Below the pieces are notes generated by a model. The model worked only from the letters and a program-made list of their open reading frames with translations. It had not been told where the DNA came from and ran no database searches. DNA of 64,000 nucleotides from Candidatus Saccharimonadota bacterium (lineage in GTDB: Bacteria > Patescibacteriota > Saccharimonadia > Saccharimonadales > SZUA-47): positions 385,449 through 449,448 of the forward strand of contig CP065013.1 in assembly GCA_016700315.1 (NCBI GenBank), given 5' to 3'. The translations under genes were made by a program, and so were the position numbers. This document shows positions 27,879 through 36,128 of this stretch, in pieces; the stretch's first letter is position 1, and each line of letters begins with the position of its first letter.

Positions 27879-29660
27879 AAAAGTCAAATCTTCCTAAAGT
27901 TAGCATCATTATTCCTGTATATAATGGATCAAACTTCTTGAAAGAAGCGATCGATAGTGCATTAGCACAAACGTATAAAAATCTAGAAATAATTGTTGTG
28001 AATGACGGGTCTGCCGATCAGGGAAAGACAGAAAAAATCGCCATGTCATACGGTAGCAAAATAAGATACTACAAAAAAGTAAACGGTGGGGTATCAACGG
28101 CTTTAAATCTAGGCATAAAGAAGATGACTGGTGACTATTTTTCATGGCTTAGTCACGATGATATATACTATCCAAAAAAGATCGAAAATCAGGTACGTTT
28201 TGTAGAGTCACTAAAAAAATAAAAACGTTATTGTGTATGCGAATTACGCACTACTGCAAGATAGCAGAATAGTGCCTGTAGAACTTAACCACGAACAGTT
28301 AGTCCGTAAGCCAAAGTACTCTCTATTAAGAGGCAGTGTGAACGGCATAACTCTTCTTATACCTCGTAGTATTCTATCTGATGTAGGGGAATTTGATGAG
28401 GAACTAAGATGCACCCAAGATTATGATCTATGGTGTAGGGCGTTTCGTAAGTACGATTTTGTACATATGGAAGAAATACTTACTGTTACTCGGATCCATG
28501 GGGCCCAAGATAGTGCAGTATCTCCAAACGTAGTCAAAGAAGGCGATATTTTATGGAAGAGGCTGATAGAAGAACTTAGCGATAAAGAGAAAATAGAGTA
28601 TGAAAACACGGTATATAACTACTATTATGAGATGTCTAAATTTCTACGGACTACGCCTTATAAAGGCGCGTTAGCGTACAGTTTAGATAAGGAAAAAGAG
28701 TCGCTTGAGAAGACTAAGCATAACGAATCTGAAAAACTAGTCACGGTAGTAATCCCTTTTCGAAATAGAGTAAATGACACCTTAAACTCCATAAAATCTG
28801 TTCAAGAACAGACGTACAAAAATACTGAGATTATCCTTATTGATGATGCTTCAACAGAAGATGTTTCCTCCTTAGAGAACTATGTTAAAAACTTACAAAA
28901 CGCATCGTTAATAAGTCTAGAAAAAAACTTAGGTCCTGGCGGGGCTAGAAACGTCGGTATCAGAGTCGCAAAAGGAGAATACGTAGCTTTCTTAGATTCT
29001 GATGACGAATTTATCTCTGAAAAACTGCAAACTCAAATCGAAGCAATGCGCTTACATAACCCGCACGTAAGTTACACGGCGTATACTAAAAAAACTGAAA
29101 CCGATGAGTCCGTTATTGGAGGCTACGGTATCTCTGGTGTGGTAATTCCGCGCTTAATAAGTAGCTGTCCTATAGCGACACCGACGGTTATCGTAAGAAG
29201 GAAAATATTACTAGATGAAGGTATATTTTTTGACGAGTCAATAAGAGTAGGAGAGGATACGTGTTTTTGGCTGGAAATAGCAAAAAAGCACGAAATACTT
29301 TACGTCGATAAACCGCTTACAGTAGTTAACGTAAATGCATCTACTAATGCGTATGATAGTAAAAAGTTCATAATTGGGCTCAAGAATATTCTTGCATACT
29401 TACTTAACGATAAATATTATTCCTCATTCTCTTACGACATTGCACTACTTTGTAACGATTACTATCAGGTAAACAGATCAGATAGGCTAATGTACGAAAA
29501 CGGGCTTGTGTTGGAGGATTACTGGAAGCCGTCAGTATCGCAATTTATAAAACATAAATTGAAAAAGTCTTTACCTTATCTCGTAGTAAGGAAGTTCCGT
29601 GCCAATGGCCTAAGAGGGGTTGCTGCTGCTGTTGTTAAACGAGCTAAAATAAGAACCTAA
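27875..29660 (+). CDS. Dual-domain GT2 glycosyltransferase (candidate glycan polymerase); intact only if the A7 run at 28213-28219 is read as A6
   Basis: The track splits it into 27875..28222 and 28233..29660. Domain 1: '[37 protein letters not shown]...[16 protein letters not shown]'. Domain 2: '[37 protein letters not shown]...FLDSDDEF'. The junction reads ...[19 protein letters not shown] after removing one A. Confidence 0.7.
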
Positions 29661-31520
29661 CTAATTAACATTATATTCCATCGGTAAACCAGCAGGTATT
29701 AGACCTAGCTCAGTGCTGGATATAGTAACGACGTCTGCCCACTTATAGCCATGGCTAAAGAAAGTCTCTTCGTTGGGGAAGCCTCGTTTCTTGCCATTCT
29801 CAATGAGGTAAATGCCGCCAGAACTGGGGGTTTTTACCACCTTGTTGTTCCTGTAGTTAGTGTCGTAGGGCATCGGTAAACCAGCAGGTATTAGACCTAG
29901 CTCAGTGCTGGATATAGTAACGACGTCTGCCCACTTATAGCCATGGCTAAAGAAAGTCTCTTCGTTGGGGAAGCCTCGTTTCGTACCAATATGTACAAGG
30001 TATACGCCAGTAGACCCAGGTGTTTTTACAAGTTGCCAATTTCTATAATTAACATTATATTCCATCGGTAAACCAGCAGGTATTAGACCTAGCTCAGTGC
30101 TGGATATAGTAACGACGTCTGCCCACTTATAGCCATGGCTAAAGAAAGTCTCTTCGTTGGGGAAGCCTCGTTTCTTGCCATTCTCAATGAGGTAAATGCC
30201 GCCAGAACTGGGGGTTTTTACCACCTTGTTGTTCCTGTAGTTAGTGTCGTAGGGCATCGGTAAACCAGCAGGTATTAGACCTAGCTCAGTGCTGGATATA
30301 GTAACGACGTCTGCCCACTTATAGCCATGGCTAAAGAAAGTCTCTTCGTTGGGGAAGCCTCGTTTCGTACCAATATGTACAAGGTATACGCCAGTAGACC
30401 CAGGTGTTTTTACAAGTTGCCAATTTCTATAATTAACATTATATTCCATCGGTAAACCAGCAGGTATTAGACCTAGCTCAGTGCTGGATATAGTAACGAC
30501 GTCTGCCCACTTATAGCCATGGCTAAAGAAAGTCTCTTCGTTGGGGAAGCCTCGTTTCTTGCCATTCTCAATGAGGTAAATGCCGCCGTTAAGATTCACA
30601 AGCGTATGAGTAGTGGTGCCGAACCAGTCGGAGAAGATGCGCCAGAAGTTACGGTTGCCGTAGGCGCTGCAGCCGTCACCTGTGCCATACATGTTGGCCA
30701 GCGCAGCAGCGTTTGGCTGGTATGGTGTGTATGTATAAAGCGCCGCCGTTGCAGAACTTTCTATAAATACATTAGAGCTGCCACAAGCAGAGTTAGGATT
30801 GTATAGAATCGAGTTTACTTGATTTGGTTTTTTATATGGCCACCAGCTTTGACCCATGTTATTGAGATAGTAGCGGAAAAGTCGAGCAGATTCGTAAATC
30901 TGAATAGAAAAACCTTCATAGTTTGGGTCACATGGTGCTGTGTCGGGGCAGTAAGCACCCATTGGGTATTCGTATTGGGAGCGATATGGCCAGTCGTCAC
31001 TGGTTAGAGGACCATAAGATTCTTTTTGGATAGTTGTAAGCAGAACCTTTGGGCTAATTTGGTAGCGCTGCGCTGCATCCCAAATGATCTGGGCGGCCGA
31101 TTTGGCCCCTGCAGGTATGGCAGCTCCACCGTAGTTGTTTGCGGGCTGGCCAGGCGCAGGATCGGTCTTGGGCACTTCCCAGAAGTCCTTAAGACAGGTG
31201 AATGGTGCGGGGTTGCCATTCAGCGCCCCCCACTCGGCACGAGTGTAATAACGGCCGGCTGCGGCGTACCATCTGCCGGTTAATTGTGTGCCGTTGGTGT
31301 CACAGACAGGCACGCGCGCATTGAGGAAGTTTTGGACTTCTTGCGCAGTCATCGAAGTAGAGTTGGTGAAAACGGAATCGTCAATAATACGCCCAGCTTT
31401 CCAGTCGCTAGCACTGACTGCACTAGTTTTTGCCGGCCCGCTAACCGTAATGATACCTACAATTATTAATAGGAAGGGCGTTAGGTGATAAATAAATCTT
31501 TTCATAGTGCTACTACTCAT
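29661..31520 (-). CDS. Secreted putative peptidoglycan hydrolase with five C-terminal 64-aa repeat modules
   Basis: 619 aa with a signal/anchor 'FLLIIVGIITVSGPAKTSAVSA'. The N-terminal domain has 'ISPKVLLTTIQKESYG' (lysozyme/transglycosylase-like E-S motif). The C-terminus is five modules 'G.YL...G.KRGFPNEETFFSHGYKWADVVTISSTELGLIPAGLPM'. Confidence 0.7.
   Translation of the reverse strand: MSSSTMKRFIYHLTPFLLIIVGIITVSGPAKTSAVSASDWKAGRIIDDSVFTNSTSMTAQEVQNFLNARVPVCDTNGTQLTGRWYAAAGRYYTRAEWGALNGNPAPFTCLKDFWEVPKTDPAPGQPANNYGGAAIPAGAKSAAQIIWDAAQRYQISPKVLLTTIQKESYGPLTSDDWPYRSQYEYPMGAYCPDTAPCDPNYEGFSIQIYESARLFRYYLNNMGQSWWPYKKPNQVNSILYNPNSACGSSNVFIESSATAALYTYTPYQPNAAALANMYGTGDGCSAYGNRNFWRIFSDWFGTTTHTLVNLNGGIYLIENGKKRGFPNEETFFSHGYKWADVVTISSTELGLIPAGLPMEYNVNYRNWQLVKTPGSTGVYLVHIGTKRGFPNEETFFSHGYKWADVVTISSTELGLIPAGLPMPYDTNYRNNKVVKTPSSGGIYLIENGKKRGFPNEETFFSHGYKWADVVTISSTELGLIPAGLPMEYNVNYRNWQLVKTPGSTGVYLVHIGTKRGFPNEETFFSHGYKWADVVTISSTELGLIPAGLPMPYDTNYRNNKVVKTPSSGGIYLIENGKKRGFPNEETFFSHGYKWADVVTISSTELGLIPAGLPMEYNVN
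29664..30626. repeat. Coding tandem repeat: 192-nt modules in the order B-A-B-A-B; the 384-nt A+B unit is repeated perfectly
   Basis: Module boundaries fall at 29667, 29859, 30051, 30243 and 30435. 29667-29858 equals 30051-30242, and 29859-30050 equals 30243-30434, by direct reading. Confidence 0.9.
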
Positions 31521-32070
31521 TTTGTCACATTTACCTGAACAGTTTCGGCTTTAACAGATGTGCCGTCGAGTTTATTTGCAGTTAGGCTGACTTGCCATGT
31601 GCCACTTACGGCCAGCTCACTGGTTGGGACGGAGAACCCTGCACAGGTTGAAAATTCGCGGCTGTAAAGAGTCTCGGCCGTTTTTACAACAGAATTGCCC
31701 CCTAGTGTCAGTGAAAGTGAGCAGGATTTCCAGCCTTCACCTGTAAGCTTGGTTTGGACGACAATGTTACCGCCATCTTGCTTAGCAGAGGTGATGCTTG
31801 CTGTATTTGCGGCAGGCTGAGTATTGGTTGGCGGAGTCTGGGGTTGGTTTTGTTATCGTCGATTTGTTTTTGCTCTTCGGGGCTTGTCGGCGTGTAGTTG
31901 ATAGTCTCACCGGCGCTAGTAGTACTAGTAGGAGTCGGCTTAGTTTTGATGAAATTAGTGACTCCCTTTTTTTCAAGCAAAAACAGGAGACAGCCTACAA
32001 CGAGCAGTGCGGCGATTACCGGGAATACGGGACTTTTCTTCTTCTTTTTGTATTTATCTAAATTAGCCAT
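31517..32070 (-). CDS. Membrane-anchored exported protein (TM anchor, S/T/P-rich linker, beta-rich C-terminal domain); intact only if the G4 run at 31840-31843 is read as G5
   Basis: The track ORF 31708..32070 ends in an implausible tail. In the -1 frame, 'QTPPTNTQPAANTASITSAKQDGGNIVVQTKLTGEGWKSCSLSLTLGG...VKAETVQVNVTK*' runs without a stop to 31517. Its TGA there overlaps the ATG of the 619-aa gene (ATGA). Confidence 0.6.
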
Positions 32071-32183
32071 TTTTGTTTGTTATTTTGTAAGTTTATTGTA
32101 TCAGTAAACATAAGCAATGTTCAAGTTTTTGTTGTAAGTTGTACAAGAGAGCTAAGTAGGTCTTTTTGGTATCATAGAACTGC

Positions 32184-33218
32184 ATGATTGTTTTTATTAT
32201 CGCTGGCGGATCTGGGACCAGATTATGGCCACTGAGTACGCCTGAGTATCCCAAACATCTTCTTAAACTAACTGACGAAAATAGTCTGCTGCAGAATACA
32301 TATGATCGAGCATCGCAGCTAACAAGCACAGATAAGATATTTGTTGTCTCTGAAAAGTCACATATTGAGCACGTCTATAGTCAGCTAGCGAGTCTGCCAA
32401 AAGAAAACATCTTGGTCGAACCTGCCCGCAGAGGAACAGCTAGCTGCATTCTGCTAGCATTAGCGGAGCTTTATAAGCGCAGTGTAGATAAGAACGAAGC
32501 TGTGCTTTTTCTCTGGGCTGACCACATTATCCGCGATACAGATGGCTTTACGGCAACGATGCTAAGAGCTGGGGAGATCACCGAGGAAGATAACAAGCTA
32601 GTCTTTGTGGGAGTTGAGCCTACATATCCTTCAACCGGACTGGGCTATATCAAAAAAGGCAGCAAGCTGAATGGCTGGGTGAGCGCATACGTTTTCGAAG
32701 GTTTCAAAGAAAAACCGGACCGCAAAACTGCTACTGCATACTTCAAAAGCGGCAAGTATCTGTGGAACACCGGCTACTTGGTGGGCACTAGAGAAGCATT
32801 CGAAACAGAATTTGAGAGCGTCGCGCTAAGCATGAAGAAAGATTACGAAAGATTGAAATCGGCCAAAGACATCGAGGCAGCTTATTTAGATTGTGAGAAC
32901 ATAGCAGTTGATTATGTTTTAAGCGAGAAGGTCAAGGAGGCGGGCGTTGTACCGGGCAGTTTTGATTGGGCAGACGTAGGCTCTTTCCATGATCTACACG
33001 AAATGAGCGAGCAAGATGAAAATGGCAATCATTTTAGAGGTGAAAATATAGAAACTGAGCTAGCAAGTAATTGTTACGTGAGAAACGACACTGATACGCC
33101 CGTTGCAGTTATCGGTGTAGATAATGTAGTGGTTGTAAATACGCCCAGTGGCATTTTGGTAACAAATAAAAATCACGCTCAAAAAGTCGGCGAAGTCAGT
33201 AAGAGATTTAAAAAGTAA
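32184..33218 (+). CDS. manC: Mannose-1-phosphate guanylyltransferase (nucleotidyltransferase domain only)
   Basis: 344 aa with 'FIIAGGSGTRLWPLSTPEYPKHLL' and 'LWADHII'. It lacks the C-terminal cupin domain, which is encoded separately at 34667. Confidence 0.8.
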   Translation: MIVFIIAGGSGTRLWPLSTPEYPKHLLKLTDENSLLQNTYDRASQLTSTDKIFVVSEKSHIEHVYSQLASLPKENILVEPARRGTASCILLALAELYKRSVDKNEAVLFLWADHIIRDTDGFTATMLRAGEITEEDNKLVFVGVEPTYPSTGLGYIKKGSKLNGWVSAYVFEGFKEKPDRKTATAYFKSGKYLWNTGYLVGTREAFETEFESVALSMKKDYERLKSAKDIEAAYLDCENIAVDYVLSEKVKEAGVVPGSFDWADVGSFHDLHEMSEQDENGNHFRGENIETELASNCYVRNDTDTPVAVIGVDNVVVVNTPSGILVTNKNHAQKVGEVSKRFKK

Positions 33219-33225
33219 GGAGATC

Positions 33226-34674
33226 TTGATGCAAGCTAACCCACATATATTTAGAGGCTATGACTTAAGAGGCCTAGTCGGTGAAGATTTAAGTGAAGAA
33301 TTAGCCGAAAACCTTGGAATGGCTTACGGAACTATGCTAAAGAATCAAGGCGTGACCAAGGCCGTAATCGGGCGTGATTGTCGTGAGAGTGGCGAAAACT
33401 ATGCCACTGCATTAATTCGTGGCCTCAACAAAACAGGTGTCGACACAGTGTACATAGGTATGGTTTTAGTCGGAACTTTTTATTGGTCTCAATACCATTT
33501 AAATATCAAGGCGGGGGTGTATGTAAGCGCATCTCATAATCCACCTGAATATAATGGTTTCAAGTTTGCAAATGATTTTTCAGAAACTTTAGTCACAGAT
33601 GGGATGAACGATCTGAAAAATCTGGTCTTATCTGAGAAATATAGTTTGTCGGACAATGTAGGGAAGAACGATGAGCAGAACATTATCGAGGCATATTATG
33701 CGGATATTTTAGCGAGATTACCTTCTCCAAGGTCGTTAAAGGTTTTAGTAGATTCTGGTTGTACTACCGCCGGGGCATTCGCACCAGAGCTAATTAGACG
33801 TGCAGGGCACGAAGTCATTGAAAAAAATACAGAAGTTTCGGGTAGCTTCCCACTCGGTGTTGCCGATCCCACTGAAGTAGAAGTGGCCGAGAGGCTGAGT
33901 AAGGAAGTCGTCGAAGCCGGAGCAGATATTGGTTTTACTTACGATGCAGACGGAGATCGTATAGGTATAGTTGACGAGAAAGGCGGTATTATTTGGAATG
34001 ATGTTCTGGTCGCTCTCTTTGCCGCAGACGTTTTGACTGATCATCCAGGTTCAAAGATAATGTTTAATACCCTATGTAGCCAGTTAGTGCCCGAAACTAT
34101 TGTGCGACTTGGCGGTATACCTTTCATGTGGCGTACCGGTCATTCTTTCTTAAAGAAGAAAAATCAAGAAGAAGGCGCTGCCTTTATCGGCGAACTGTCG
34201 GGCCATTTCTTCTTTAGTAAAGACTTCTATAATCATGACGATGGTCTTTATTCAACAATGAGACTTTTAAAATATCTCAGTTCAAATAACGAGCCACTTA
34301 GCAGGCATATTAATGATTTGCCTCGGTACATATCAAGTCCAGAGATAAAAGTTTATTGTGCTGATGACAAGAAGAAAGCAGCGATTGAAGAGCTAGCGCC
34401 AAGTCTAAAAAAAAGATTCCCAGAAGCCCTGATAATAGATGACGAAAGAGCCGGTGATGGGCTAAGGTTTGAAATGGACGGCCAAATGTTTGTTGTACGT
34501 TACTCACAAAATGGACCCTATTTAACAATAAAGTACGAGGCTCGGAATATTGCTGGTTATGAAAGTCTGCGGAAACTTATATATGAGCTACTCCTACAAA
34601 ATAAGGATATTGATTGGGATTCTAAAATAAATGCTAACGTGCACGCCATAAACACGGAGCAAACAAATGCTTGA
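33226..34674 (+). CDS. manB: Phosphomannomutase/phosphoglucomutase
   Basis: 482 aa with active-site 'SASHNPPEYNGFK', metal loop 'TYDADGDR' and 'GELSGHFFF'. Confidence 0.85.
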   Translation: MMQANPHIFRGYDLRGLVGEDLSEELAENLGMAYGTMLKNQGVTKAVIGRDCRESGENYATALIRGLNKTGVDTVYIGMVLVGTFYWSQYHLNIKAGVYVSASHNPPEYNGFKFANDFSETLVTDGMNDLKNLVLSEKYSLSDNVGKNDEQNIIEAYYADILARLPSPRSLKVLVDSGCTTAGAFAPELIRRAGHEVIEKNTEVSGSFPLGVADPTEVEVAERLSKEVVEAGADIGFTYDADGDRIGIVDEKGGIIWNDVLVALFAADVLTDHPGSKIMFNTLCSQLVPETIVRLGGIPFMWRTGHSFLKKKNQEEGAAFIGELSGHFFFSKDFYNHDDGLYSTMRLLKYLSSNNEPLSRHINDLPRYISSPEIKVYCADDKKKAAIEELAPSLKKRFPEALIIDDERAGDGLRFEMDGQMFVVRYSQNGPYLTIKYEARNIAGYESLRKLIYELLLQNKDIDWDSKINANVHAINTEQTNA

Positions 34675-35194
34675 TTTGTCAGGTGTAGACGCAAATAATA
34701 AATGGGCGGTTCTAAGAAGGATTAAAGATGATTTAATCTTAAAAAACGGTTTAGTCATGGACGATGTCGATGAACATAAGCCTTACGGTGGGTATTATAG
34801 GTTTTTAGACTCAGAAAGAGAGAAGTTCCTCGAGCTGTTCTACAAAGAACTTGATGTTGAGCTGTCCGGTAATATTAACCCCAAGTTCATGATTTTTGCT
34901 CCTGGACAAAAGGTTAGTTTTCAATACCACAATCGTAGGTCGGAAATCTGGAGAGTAATATATGGTGAGATTGAAGCATTCTACGGAGACAGCGATGAGT
35001 TGGGGGATTACAAGATTTACGAACTTGGAGAAATTCTAAATTTTCCACTTGGTGCAAGGCATAAAGCAGGCGCTAGCTCAAAGGGGTGGGCTATAGCTGC
35101 CGAAATATGGAAGCACGAGGATCCATCCAATCTCTCAGACGAATCAGATATTGTAAGACTTTCTGACGACTATGGCCGGGCCATAAAATGCTAA
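34667..35194 (+). CDS. Cupin-domain protein (type II phosphomannose-isomerase-like C-terminal cupin)
   Basis: 175 aa with 'FQYHNRRSEIWRVIYGE...GARHKAG' cupin motifs. It overlaps the manB stop by 8 nt. Confidence 0.6.
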   Translation: MLDLSGVDANNKWAVLRRIKDDLILKNGLVMDDVDEHKPYGGYYRFLDSEREKFLELFYKELDVELSGNINPKFMIFAPGQKVSFQYHNRRSEIWRVIYGEIEAFYGDSDELGDYKIYELGEILNFPLGARHKAGASSKGWAIAAEIWKHEDPSNLSDESDIVRLSDDYGRAIKC

Positions 35195-36053
35195 GAAGGA
35201 AAAAAAACGCGCGCTCCAAAATTAACTTTTTGATTAGGGATGATGTCTTTACGCTAGCGTTTAACGTTGCAGTTGAGTACAACGCTTGTTACAAACATGC
35301 GCCTTGAGCAAAGTGTAATTATTAACTCTGGAAATGAAGATTAGAGAACACCATTTCGACAAAAAAGACAGAGGACGTACTAAAGGTGTCGCAGCAAATC
35401 AGGTTCTTCGCTTATGGAACAAGACCGTCCCAAAGAATCTGTATTTCTAAGAGGCGATCAAGCCAGAATACGAAAATATCTTAGGCGGTTCATTTCAGCA
35501 GGGCAACATTGGTTGATAATCTAACGCTTGTTGATGGTGCTGTCGAACTGCTAACTAAGCTAATCGCAGGAATACAAATTAGCGGTAGCTACTGGGTTAG
35601 TCATCCAAAAGCAGCTTTTGCCTTAAAGAATCTAGGAAGTTTTTGCAATGGAAGACACTCGAAGAATACCGAGAAGGTTCTTGCCGCAGAGATTGAAATT
35701 AACTATTTTGAGTTCAGATGGTTGATTATATACAACATACCAAACCCACACAACTACATGCTAGTCAAGACATTAAGAGACCAAGGAACGTTGATCCTGA
35801 AGATACCTGGTATCGTCGAAGGTGATGCAGAAAAAATTGAATGGCTGGGTGGCGCAACCTGCCGAAAATGTCTAGCCGACAAGACTATGGAAGATTGCCG
35901 GCCTTGGCCCATGAAACGGGACAAGCAATTTTTGAAATTGATCCGATCAAAGCCGAGGCTAGCCAAGTTGGTACCCGTGAGAATATTGAAAAATCAAAGA
36001 TTGAGTTTGATGAGCTTTCGGACAATATTTTATCTGTACTAGGAAAATACTAG
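35188..36053 (+). pseudogene. About 0.9 kb of fragmentary ORFs in all three + frames; probable decayed gene(s) of unidentified family
   Basis: Fragments include: MLRRKKNARSKINFLIRDDVF... (35188; its ATG overlaps the cupin stop); MKIREHHFDKK...NLYF*EAIKPEYENILGG... (frame with an internal TAA at 35448); the 177-aa track ORF at 35509; and '...AHETGQAIFEIDPIKAEASQVGTRENIEKSKIEFDELSDNILSVLGKY*' ending at 36053. No single frame is continuous. Confidence 0.3.
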
Positions 36054-36086
36054 AGTCGATTGACTTCGGCCGCGCCTAAAATTACG

Positions 36087-36128
36087 CTAGGGTCTAGGGT
36101 CTAGGGTCTAGGGTCTAGGGTCTGGGGT
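36087..36128. repeat. Heptamer tandem array (CTAGGGT)x5 plus CTGGGGT, abutting the galE stop codon
   Basis: Read directly from the sequence. The next partial unit, CTA at 36129-36131, is the complement of the galE TAG stop. Confidence 0.9.

Noticed and set aside
29661-30626. Regularly spaced identical repeats that could suggest a CRISPR array
   Set aside because: The period is 192/384 nt with no unique spacers. The whole region is one continuous ORF encoding 64-aa protein modules, and no cas genes are nearby.
35509-36042. The 177-aa track ORF taken at face value as a gene
   Set aside because: Its second half overlaps a more protein-like frame that ends at 36053. Upstream fragments lie in other frames. 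Its composition is atypical, so I treated it as part of a decayed region.
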